Shown here: piece after piece, positions 18,911 to 26,210 of the stretch
Position numbering within the stretch: the stretch's first letter is position 1
Layout: the number at the start of each line of letters is the position of its first letter
IMG/VR virus record: IMGVR_UViG_3300037962_000290
Location: 1-52,455 of that record
Direction: 5' to 3' (one strand)
Length of the DNA: 52,455 bases
Source: a virus
Lineage: Duplodnaviria; Caudoviricetes
Program-made: the position numbers and the translations under genes
The notes under the pieces: model-generated
What the model was told of the DNA's origin: nothing
The model's database searches: none
The model's input: only the letters and a program-made list of their open reading frames with translations

Positions 18911-19787
18911 ACTCGTATCCCAACATAACCTCAACTATGCTTGGAGTATTATAGATCGTAGGTCTTTCCCCGTCCCTAACGGCCTTATAATCTCCAAGCG
19001 TTTTCTCTAGTTGATCCCAACCCCTGTCCATATCCTCATCATGCATTTTGAATATTTTTGTTGCGTAGGGTTGTTTAGTTTCTTGTGCAACAAACAAGAA
19101 GTCTTCTACTTTAAAGCCTGCTCTTTCATACCCTCTCTTGTAAAAAGCAGCTTGTAAATCGTATTGGTAACGCCTGATAGAGCGAGTAAATCCAGATACG
19201 GAGCAATCACTCGTAGTTTTGTAATCAATAACTACAATAGACTCATCTGAATAGGGTTGCACTACTGGGTGTCTGATCACATCAGATCTTAGCTTGAGGA
19301 GTACGTCTTGCTCCCACCAGTACAAGGCGTTTTCATACGGCTTAGTAAAAACACCAGGATACTCGCCCTGATCAACGTTAAGGAACTTCTTTGCTTCTTC
19401 AATCAGATTATCTTTCATGCGAAACAAAGTGTCCCTTTTGTCTTGTGTGATTACTAACATACCTCTGTCTTCGTAATCACGTTTTAGTTGTTTGTTTGCA
19501 TTTGTGTATGGAGATCCAGATATAACTGCTACCTCGTTATTAAATGCGTTCTCGCCCTCTACTATTAGAGAGTGGGCAGCAGAACCGAACTGCATAGCAG
19601 GTGTCGGCTCTACCACCTCTTGCATAGCATGTAGCTGCGATTGTCTAAACCTCCTTAAGGTAGATGAAGACACGCCAGGCGATTGATGATAATATGCATT
19701 ATCCATATCAGGAAAATATATAGTATCTCCAATAGCTACATGCTGATGACTTTTTAGTGAATCTGGTAGTGGTGGGTTATCTATCAC
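18903..19787 (-). CDS. RecE/exonuclease VIII-like PD-(D/E)XK exonuclease
   Basis: YH...GVSSS, MQFGSAAH, LKLRSD, VIDYKTT, YDLQAAFY. Confidence 0.9.
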   Translation of the reverse strand: MIDNPPLPDSLKSHQHVAIGDTIYFPDMDNAYYHQSPGVSSSTLRRFRQSQLHAMQEVVEPTPAMQFGSAAHSLIVEGENAFNNEVAVISGSPYTNANKQLKRDYEDRGMLVITQDKRDTLFRMKDNLIEEAKKFLNVDQGEYPGVFTKPYENALYWWEQDVLLKLRSDVIRHPVVQPYSDESIVVIDYKTTSDCSVSGFTRSIRRYQYDLQAAFYKRGYERAGFKVEDFLFVAQETKQPYATKIFKMHDEDMDRGWDQLEKTLGDYKAVRDGERPTIYNTPSIVEVMLGYEFE

Positions 19788-20077
19788 GATACCTCCTTTA
19801 ACATTTTGATTATTTTTTTTCTGAGCATTGGCTCGAAAGCCTCAACAAAATCATTACTATATTTAGTTTTACCGCCATATGCACCTCTCAATTTTAATTC
19901 AGGGTAATTAGCTTTATCTTCCATAGAATTAGAAATAGCGTGTAAAGTATCGACAACCAGAGCATCAACCAATTTTTTGGTTACGTCTAGTTTTTGTACT
20001 TTTATTAGTTCATCTAACATCTTATTTATACTTTGTTTTTTTACTGTGTCTTTTTCACACTTACAATTATCTGTCAT
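19784..20077 (-). CDS. Hypothetical protein
   Basis: 4-nt overlaps with both neighbours; AAGGA RBS. Confidence 0.6.
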   Translation of the reverse strand: MTDNCKCEKDTVKKQSINKMLDELIKVQKLDVTKKLVDALVVDTLHAISNSMEDKANYPELKLRGAYGGKTKYSNDFVEAFEPMLRKKIIKMLKEVS

Positions 20078-20259
20078 GATACGTCCTTAATTGTTTCTAC
20101 TCTTTTAACTAAAACATCAAGTTCGTCAGATATTTCTTTGAGTGCTTTTCTTAACTCAAAGATTGAGTAGTTCAAAGCATCTTGTTTTTGTTGTTGTTGA
20201 ATGTTGTCTACTTGTGCATCTATAAGTGCATAAGCAATACTGTTTTTATCTAATGACAT
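20074..20259 (-). CDS. Hypothetical coiled-coil protein
   Basis: GGAGGT RBS precedes the ATG at 20259 (MSLDK...). Confidence 0.65.
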   Translation of the reverse strand: MSLDKNSIAYALIDAQVDNIQQQQKQDALNYSIFELRKALKEISDELDVLVKRVETIKDVS

Positions 20260-20300
20260 ATTTACCTCCGTCAAAATATTTACTTAGTATAAACAAAGAC

Positions 20301-20329
20301 TAGACATTTTACAATACAAATAGTAAAAT
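20301..20329 (+). promoter_or_regulatory. Sigma70-like promoter
   Basis: TAGACA-17-TAAAAT upstream of the 20359 ORF. Confidence 0.45.
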
Positions 20330-20358
20330 TAATTTATTACAAATAAAAAGAGGTAATT

Positions 20359-20562
20359 ATGAGTAAGTCAGGAACACTATATATGATGATGCGATTGTCG
20401 TATGAACAAGCCGTTGATGATTATAACAGCAAGAAAACAAACTCTTTGTTAGATGCTTATAAGAAGTATTATCAAATTAACGTAGGCATGAGTCCAACAG
20501 ATCCACAAGGAGACCTAATTAATTTTTATGATGAAGATAATAGCCAGGAATGTCCAATATGA
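20359..20562 (+). CDS. Hypothetical protein
   Basis: GAGGT RBS. Confidence 0.65.
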   Translation: MSKSGTLYMMMRLSYEQAVDDYNSKKTNSLLDAYKKYYQINVGMSPTDPQGDLINFYDEDNSQECPI

Positions 20563-20735
20563 ATTGTTGGGCATGTCAAACAAAATTAATTTGGGGTGGT
20601 GATCATACTGGAGAAGATTATGGTAGCGAGGACTATCACATAGTTAGTAATCTATCTTGTCCAAAATGCGAAGCCTTTGTATTGGTTTATTGGGATAAGG
20701 TTGAAGAAACAGAAAAAGAGAGTTCAGATGATTGA
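20550..20735 (+). CDS. Small zinc-ribbon protein
   Basis: CWAC...LIWGGD...NLSCPKC. Confidence 0.7.
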   Translation: MSNMNCWACQTKLIWGGDHTGEDYGSEDYHIVSNLSCPKCEAFVLVYWDKVEETEKESSDD

Positions 20736-20817
20736 AACACTACAATTCTTTTTTTGGTTTTTTGTGGCCACAATTGTAATACCAGCAATCTTTATTGTTT
20801 TGTTTGATAAAACATAA
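20728..20817 (+). CDS. Small membrane peptide (29 aa, not in ORF track)
   Basis: MIETLQFFFWFFVATIVIPAIFIVLFDKT; overlaps the upstream gene end. Confidence 0.45.
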   Translation: MIETLQFFFWFFVATIVIPAIFIVLFDKT

Positions 20818-20906
20818 GTTTTGTATGCAACAACTTTCCATATAGTGAGCATACTAGGGCAACAAGAATACCCCTCTTTATTCATAGTGTTTTTGTTGCC
20901 CACTTA

Positions 20907-20998
20907 TTATTGTCAATTATTGTCATGACATATATGACGGCCTCAAAGCCTTTGTTTATAAGGGTTTCAGGATTATTTCATTTTTGTCATTATTGTCA
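20907..20998. repeat. Iteron-like TTATTGTCA repeats (candidate replication origin)
   Basis: Copies at 20907, 20917, 20981 (TTTTTGTCA) and 20990; inverted TGACA at 20926; non-coding. Confidence 0.45.
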
Positions 20999-21038
20999 TA
21001 GGCAATAAAGAAATCTATCTATATTTTTAAAATAATTC

Positions 21039-21068
21039 TTGACAAGTAATAGATCTATAAACTATCCT
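21039..21068 (+). promoter_or_regulatory. Sigma70-like promoter for terS
   Basis: TTGACA-18-TATCCT. Confidence 0.45.
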
Positions 21069-21129
21069 CTCTATACATATTAGGGTAATGTGGGGGTAGG
21101 TAGTATTAAAATAAGCATAACACCCTAAT

Positions 21130-21753
21130 TTGCTAAATATGGGATTCAAGAAACATAAACTAGAATACGAACCAATCATATCTGATGAAAAAGACGTTCC
21201 TGTCGAATTTGCCAACCTAGATAATAAACTTACCAGGAGACAAAGAAACTTTGTATGGATAGCTGTTAATAATCCAAGACTATCTTTAATAGAGTGTGCC
21301 AGTAAAGCTGGGTATAAAGATCCACGCCAAGCGGCAGTAAATGTATTTAAGAATGAACTGGTTAGAAAAGAGTTTAATTTTTTATCAAATGAAGTTAAAA
21401 AGAAGTATGAACTTAATTATGATAGGGCAGTCCAGGACTTATATGATATTAGGGACAAGGCTTTAGCGGCAGGATCTTTTAATGCTGCAATATCTGCCCA
21501 AAACTCTCTTTTAAGGGTTGGTGGCCTGATAGTAGATAGAAAAGAGGTTATGTTCGGTAAAATAGATCAAATGAGTAGAAAAGAAGTAGAACAGCGTTTA
21601 GCACAGCTTATGGGTAATATTATTGAGATAGGCGTTGAAACTAAGAAAGAAGATCCAAAGGTAATTGAGGAAGTTAAAGAAAAATCATCTTCTCCTGCTA
21701 AAACTAGCATTAATGAGAATATAGATGATAGCAACGAAGCCAATCCAGTTTAA
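21130..21753 (+). CDS. terS: Terminase small subunit
   Basis: LTRRQRNFV...ECASKAGY HTH; A..AGSFNAAISA...GGLIVDRKEV; the true start may be ATG 21139. Confidence 0.75.
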   Translation: MLNMGFKKHKLEYEPIISDEKDVPVEFANLDNKLTRRQRNFVWIAVNNPRLSLIECASKAGYKDPRQAAVNVFKNELVRKEFNFLSNEVKKKYELNYDRAVQDLYDIRDKALAAGSFNAAISAQNSLLRVGGLIVDRKEVMFGKIDQMSRKEVEQRLAQLMGNIIEIGVETKKEDPKVIEEVKEKSSSPAKTSINENIDDSNEANPV

Positions 21754-21774
21754 AAAAGTCCAATCTTCAAACAT
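21685..21774 (-). CDS. Small membrane peptide (29 aa, not in ORF track)
   Basis: MFEDWTFLNWIGFVAIIYILINASFSRRR with GGAG RBS; overlaps the terS 3' end convergently. Confidence 0.45.
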   Translation of the reverse strand: MFEDWTFLNWIGFVAIIYILINASFSRRR

Positions 21775-21861
21775 TACAAGGCACTCCAATCAATTATTTC
21801 GGAGAGGAGTGTTATGAAGTAATATTTGTGAAAAGAGTGCCTAACTTTCATCTTATGTGCT

Positions 21862-22062
21862 TTACGGTAATTGTGCAACATATTTAGCGACTCCTTGCCA
21901 CCTTAGTTTATTAGTTGCATACCAAAAAGCCTGGTCATATACGGTTGACTTAGGCTTATAGACTAAGAAACCAAACTTAGAGTGTGGATCTAAATTTGGG
22001 TCTGTATGTGCTGATACCTCGTCCCAGGAAACAAGTTTGATACGGTATTGAGGTTTAGTCAT
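21862..22062 (-). CDS. Early hypothetical protein
   Basis: GGAGGAG RBS; coupled array. Confidence 0.65.
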   Translation of the reverse strand: MTKPQYRIKLVSWDEVSAHTDPNLDPHSKFGFLVYKPKSTVYDQAFWYATNKLRWQGVAKYVAQLP

Positions 22063-22240
22063 CTTTCATCTCCTCCTGAAAAGATACATGATCTAAACAT
22101 TCTGAGTAGCTATCTTGCTCAATAGAATCCCATTCGCATAAAGGCTCTCCTTGTGCTACTTCTAATGCTTGTTCTTTGTTATCTGCTTTTACTGTTTTAC
22201 ATACTTTGTATGTGTATCTTCCATAAACTTTATAAATCAT
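22055..22240 (-). CDS. Early hypothetical protein, paralogue of 22989-23183
   Basis: YKVY...VKADNKEQALE motif. Confidence 0.65.
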   Translation of the reverse strand: MIYKVYGRYTYKVCKTVKADNKEQALEVAQGEPLCEWDSIEQDSYSECLDHVSFQEEMKDD

Positions 22241-22448
22241 CTTTTATTTCCTCTTGTATAACTCTATATTTTGCTATTGGTTTTGTGGCGTTAGTTTCTA
22301 TCCAACCTTTATGATTTGTAAAAGTGGGATAAAAAGCTAAGTATTGTCTACCAGACTTATCATCTGTCCAAAGATTAACATCTACACTTACACCCTCTTC
22401 TAACTCTAAATCAGTCCAGTTATCTTCTTGCCATTTAATATCAATCAT
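22230..22448 (-). CDS. Early hypothetical protein
   Basis: GGAGGAG RBS; overlaps neighbours. Confidence 0.65.
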   Translation of the reverse strand: MIDIKWQEDNWTDLELEEGVSVDVNLWTDDKSGRQYLAFYPTFTNHKGWIETNATKPIAKYRVIQEEIKDDL

Positions 22449-22665
22449 TTTTTATCTCCTCCAAATCTTCATGATCTGGTAATTCTGCTATTAAGTGATG
22501 TGGAAAGTCGTGCCTAGTAGTAAACAGCTTTACACTTCCGTCTTTATAAGTAAGTTCGTTTCCGTTTTCATCTAGCTTATAGAATTGAATATCATATAAC
22601 CCTCCAGTTAAAACTAAGTGGTAGTTTTTCAGTCCCGAAGTAACTACCAACTCCTCCAACAGCAA
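22441..22665 (-). CDS. Early hypothetical protein (start uncertain)
   Basis: Ends with the same EEIKxD junction as its neighbours. Confidence 0.5.
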   Translation of the reverse strand: MLLEELVVTSGLKNYHLVLTGGLYDIQFYKLDENGNELTYKDGSVKLFTTRHDFPHHLIAELPDHEDLEEIKND

Positions 22666-22693
22666 CTTGAACTATAGGTTTTTATAGTGCCTG

Positions 22694-22996
22694 TCAACAC
22701 TCGCAAATTAATAAATCTTTAAATTTGTAATAAGCTATGGTCAATCTTGCTTTTAAAGTTCTGCTATTTTCATAATAACAAGCATGACATAAGACTTCGT
22801 ATGGGTGGCAATTTACATTTTCTTCCCAATCAAAATCTCCTTTACAATATACTTCTCCTTCCCATCTTTGTATAAGACCACACTTATCGCAACAAGTTAA
22901 TTCTGAAAAATCATTTAGCAACTCTTTTTGTTTGCTACTCAGCTTATGATAGTAATTATCATGAAGCTGATCAAAACATTCATAGTATTCACTCAT
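22694..22996 (-). CDS. Early Zn-finger protein
   Basis: CDKC...CHAC. Confidence 0.6.
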   Translation of the reverse strand: MSEYYECFDQLHDNYYHKLSSKQKELLNDFSELTCCDKCGLIQRWEGEVYCKGDFDWEENVNCHPYEVLCHACYYENSRTLKARLTIAYYKFKDLLICEC

Positions 22997-23183
22997 CTTT
23001 TATTTCCTCTACTTTATAGACTTCTTCTTCATCTCCACCATAATCCAGACCATTAAATGTAAGTCTTTCGTTACAAGGATCATAGCTTCCTTCATCAACT
23101 ATTTCACTAGCTTCTTCTTCTGATTTAGCTTCAACTTCTATTTCAGAATATCCAATCCATTTTGTATATACTTTATATTTCAT
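22989..23183 (-). CDS. Early acidic hypothetical protein
   Basis: MKYKVY...IEVEAKSEEEA motif; very acidic. Confidence 0.7.
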   Translation of the reverse strand: MKYKVYTKWIGYSEIEVEAKSEEEASEIVDEGSYDPCNERLTFNGLDYGGDEEEVYKVEEIKDE

Positions 23184-23418
23184 CTGACACTTCCTTTAAT
23201 TTATCATTCACACTTTGTCTAAAATCACAAGCTAAGTTATCTATATTTTCCCAGACATCTTCTGCTGGATAGCCCTCAAAAGGTTGCCATACATTATCTA
23301 AAATAAATTTGTTAACTTGTTCTTCCTCCCAATTTATAAAATCTTCTGGAAAGTGTTCACAAAGAAAATGCCCACTTGCCCAAATTAATGCTTCATTTTC
23401 TGTAATTAATCTACTCAT
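23173..23418 (-). CDS. Early acidic hypothetical protein
   Basis: GGGGGT RBS; overlaps the next gene. Confidence 0.65.
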   Translation of the reverse strand: MSRLITENEALIWASGHFLCEHFPEDFINWEEEQVNKFILDNVWQPFEGYPAEDVWENIDNLACDFRQSVNDKLKEVSDEI

Positions 23419-23642
23419 CTGACACCCCCTACAGAATAATAAATGCTATAACGGTTAATATTAAGGCTATTGGTTTTAATATATACCAACTAACCCATTC
23501 CATTCCTTGCATATTTGCAAAGTATTCTTTTAGATCATTCATGTTTACCTCCTTGGTCTAAATAAATAAAATAATGCTCTTAACTTCCATTCTGGTAAGT
23601 GTTGTAAGTGTTTTGGTATTGGATTTGGATATACTGGTTTAG

Positions 23643-23831
23643 TCATTTTTTCCACCCTATAACAAGAAAATCTATATCTTCAAATTCAGTATCTTTTAAG
23701 GCTTCATCTGGTAGATATTCAGATAATTGGTTATGTGTCTTACCACCAAACCAAGCTGTTCCTTGATCGGTAGCTAAAGGCTTCCACCCTAAATTTCTTA
23801 TTTGTTTTATTGTAAGTCTTTTTTTTGCCAT
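23643..23831 (-). CDS. Early hypothetical protein
   Basis: GAGGT RBS. Confidence 0.6.
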   Translation of the reverse strand: MAKKRLTIKQIRNLGWKPLATDQGTAWFGGKTHNQLSEYLPDEALKDTEFEDIDFLVIGWKK

Positions 23832-24002
23832 AATTAATTACCTCTTTTTTTGTTTATGATTTTAATATAAATTTCTTGTTCTAATTCACTAAGCATTTTT
23901 ATATGTATGTTATCTAAAGTTTTAGCTTTGTATTTGTGCATTAAGTGGTCAAAGAAACGAGCCTTAAACCAATTATTAACATGTTTGCTTATGTGTGTAG
24001 GA

Positions 24003-24332
24003 TTAGACATTTGTATTTACCTCTTCAAATAAATTAAGTTGTCTTGCGTTTAATAGACCATTTTGCATTTCTACTCGTGATAAATTTCTTATTGGAGAAT
24101 AATCTCCGTCATCAACAATAATAAGACTATATTTAATACCTTGCTCTTTTAGATTATTAAGATACATGGTTGCGTCACAATCTTCTTCTAAATAATAGTT
24201 ATTGTTATCCTGGTAAGAAAAACAGCTGATATGTTTAGCGGTCAAATTAGTCTTATTGTGTAAGTCTTTGGACACTTTTAACCAAGCGTGTCCACCGTCT
24301 TGATGAAAATCAAATATTAAATGTTTAGACAT
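24003..24332 (-). CDS. Early conserved phage protein (DxGHxWL...YLEEDCD family)
   Basis: DGGHAWLKV, ISCFSY and YLEEDCDA motifs recalled from phage early regions. Confidence 0.65.
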   Translation of the reverse strand: MSKHLIFDFHQDGGHAWLKVSKDLHNKTNLTAKHISCFSYQDNNNYYLEEDCDATMYLNNLKEQGIKYSLIIVDDGDYSPIRNLSRVEMQNGLLNARQLNLFEEVNTNV

Positions 24333-24582
24333 TAGATAACCTCTCTTTTATTTCTGGTATATCTTTATCTGATATGTATTCCCAAAGTATGTCTTTGGCT
24401 TTATCGTTGTATTCGCCCTCTTTGGCAATATAATTTATTATTGTTTTCCAAGATTCATCTAAATCTTTTTGTGCTTTTTTATCGCTAGAGATATTATCTT
24501 CAGCATAAGACATCAAAGCATTTTCAATATTTAGTAATGCAGTTGCTACTGTAATATCATTTATTATTTCTGGTTTATTCAT
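24325..24582 (-). CDS. Early hypothetical protein
   Basis: GAGGT RBS; first gene after the leftward promoter. Confidence 0.65.
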   Translation of the reverse strand: MNKPEIINDITVATALLNIENALMSYAEDNISSDKKAQKDLDESWKTIINYIAKEGEYNDKAKDILWEYISDKDIPEIKERLSNV

Positions 24583-24602
24583 ATTTATTACCTCTAACTA
24601 TT

Positions 24603-24630
24603 ATTATACGGATAACTTACAAAATGTAAA
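24603..24630 (-). promoter_or_regulatory. Leftward early promoter with TTACA-N3-TGTAA palindrome
   Basis: Minus strand TTTACA-16-TATAAT; palindrome at 24617-24629. Confidence 0.6.
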
Positions 24631-24727
24631 GACATAATATTATTAATATAAATATATGTATGAGTTTCTAGGAATTAATAGCATAATCTTTGTTAGTCGC
24701 TCATACGCTTAAAAAAAATCATCTTTT

Positions 24728-24758
24728 CTTACAAAATGTAAGCAATATCATGTATAAT
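24728..24758 (+). promoter_or_regulatory. Rightward early promoter with CTTACA-AAA-TGTAAG palindrome
   Basis: Palindrome at 24728-24742; TATAAT at 24753. Confidence 0.55.
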
Positions 24759-24795
24759 ACATATTACATATTAATAAAAGCGAGGTAATAACAAT

Positions 24796-25236
24796 ATGAG
24801 TACAAAAGAAAAGAAATGTATTGACTTGGTAGCCGACAAGTTCGCAGAACAAGAGCAAATATACAAAGATGCTCAACAGTTCTTTGAGGAATACGAGAAC
24901 GCAACCGAGGGCGAACAAATAGCCTTAAAAGTAATTGATAAACATAAAGGAAACTATTACCACGAATACGAGGATTTATTTGATTATGTAAATCAAACAT
25001 CATTAAGTTGGGATTATGTTGATCCATTTACATTTGATGACCAACGCGAGGGATATTACAGACTACAATTATCTTGGGGTGGCCCTAGTGATGAGTTTAG
25101 AATATATACTGATATGAACAAAACAATACATGAGATTGAATATTGGTATTTAGACTGGTATGACGGAGCATGTGTAAATGTTCCAAAGGATACTATTTCT
25201 TGGGATATATGTTCTTGGTATATGGATTTAGCCTAA
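24796..25236 (+). CDS. Early conserved acidic phage protein
   Basis: QLSWGGPSDEFRI...YWYLDWYDGA; own promoter, RBS and terminator. Confidence 0.8.
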   Translation: MSTKEKKCIDLVADKFAEQEQIYKDAQQFFEEYENATEGEQIALKVIDKHKGNYYHEYEDLFDYVNQTSLSWDYVDPFTFDDQREGYYRLQLSWGGPSDEFRIYTDMNKTIHEIEYWYLDWYDGACVNVPKDTISWDICSWYMDLA

Positions 25237-25257
25237 TCTAAATCATACACAATAAAC

Positions 25258-25282
25258 AAGGGAGTATTAACTCCCTTTTTTT
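25258..25282 (+). terminator. Rho-independent terminator
   Basis: AAGGGAGT-ATTA-ACTCCCTT with T tract. Confidence 0.85.
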
Positions 25283-25292
25283 ATGCAATTAT

Positions 25293-25323
25293 TTTACAAA
25301 TTGTCAGTAAATTAGTTTATAAT
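25293..25323 (+). promoter_or_regulatory. Early promoter with TTACA-AAT-TGTCA near-palindrome
   Basis: Same geometry and TATAATACATAT downstream sequence as the 24728 promoter. Confidence 0.55.
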
Positions 25324-25361
25324 ACATATATGTTAAACAACAAATACGGAGGTTAATTAAC

Positions 25362-25559
25362 ATGAAAACTAAAAAATCAAGTGATCAATTAAATGCAGAG
25401 GGTTTAATAGATTTAGCTTTAATATTTACACAAAGAAACTGTAATGAGTTTTTTAAAATGAATTTATTAAAGGAAACAACTTTTAAGCACAAACATTTAG
25501 ATAACCTGGTTCAAAACTATATAACTAAAAAAAAGGTTAGTATAAAGGAGGTTAATTAA
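25362..25559 (+). CDS. Early hypothetical protein
   Basis: GGAGGT RBS. Confidence 0.65.
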   Translation: MKTKKSSDQLNAEGLIDLALIFTQRNCNEFFKMNLLKETTFKHKHLDNLVQNYITKKKVSIKEVN

Positions 25560-25560
25560 T

Positions 25561-25905
25561 ATGAACGCACAAGAACGCTGGAACAAAGAGCAAGAAATGG
25601 CTCTTGATTATCAAAAGATAAAAGAGAGAGAATCTAAACATGATCTATTTATTGCTTTTGTTAATCTTAAAAGATCATTTATTGAAGAAGCAAAAGATAT
25701 GGTTGAATGGATCAAAAAAGAAGATAGCTTATGCGAGGACTTTGCATATTTTATGGATAAGGGATTCTTAGATCATAAACCAGATCGATATGAATATAGA
25801 TCAGCAGTATTTAATGATCTAAAAAAATTGATCGTAGATCAAGATGATCATGATCCTAATGTTTACGAGATCGTGCAAAAGTGGGATATGTGGTATCACT
25901 CGTAA
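25561..25905 (+). CDS. Early hypothetical protein (coding sequence unusually GATC-rich)
   Basis: GGAGGT RBS; followed by a terminator. Confidence 0.7.
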   Translation: MNAQERWNKEQEMALDYQKIKERESKHDLFIAFVNLKRSFIEEAKDMVEWIKKEDSLCEDFAYFMDKGFLDHKPDRYEYRSAVFNDLKKLIVDQDDHDPNVYEIVQKWDMWYHS

Positions 25906-25926
25906 GATCATAAGATCGTAAGATCA
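25903..25926. repeat. Tandem 8-bp repeat TAAGATC(A/G) x3 within the GATC cluster
   Basis: TAAGATCA TAAGATCG TAAGATCA. Confidence 0.85.
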
Positions 25927-25927
25927 T

Positions 25928-25954
25928 AAAAGGGGATCGTATGATCCCTTTTTT
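25928..25954 (+). terminator. Rho-independent terminator
   Basis: AAAAGGGGATC-GTAT-GATCCCTTTT with T tract. Confidence 0.8.
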
Positions 25955-26145
25955 ATTGCTATAACAACTAGGTTCCCTAGACCCCCCTTTTTTATGCACA
26001 AATAGATCTATTTAACCCCCCCACCCCCAAAAAACTAACCCTATAATATATATACATATACAAGTACAAGATTTCTCTCACACAATTTTAATTTTTAAAA
26101 GAATCTAGTATTTTTTGTTTTTAATGATACAATCGGATAAAACAA

Positions 26146-26194
26146 GGGTGTGGTCACACTTGTACTTCATATTACCTCCGTACAGACTGCACCC
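26146..26194 (+). ncRNA. Structured RNA hairpin with anti-SD/anti-AUG loop (candidate sRNA or leader element)
   Basis: GGGTGTGGTC/GACTGCACCC (two G-U pairs) and TGTAC/GTACA stems enclose the loop TTCATATTACCTCC; TG-A-TACAAT extended -10 at 26125-26133. Confidence 0.45.
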
Positions 26195-26210
26195 GATTTG
26201 GAGTAGAAAT

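Noticed and set aside
20820-21130. tRNA or tmRNA in the larger intergenic gaps (also 25950-26210 and 38073-38241)
   Set aside because: No cloverleaf with T-arm GTTCRA and acceptor stem could be built by eye; a tRNAscan/Infernal run would settle it.
26115-26210. N-terminal 32 codons of the 442-aa ORF
   Set aside because: This stretch overlaps a promoter-like box and the RNA hairpin; the RBS supports ATG 26211.
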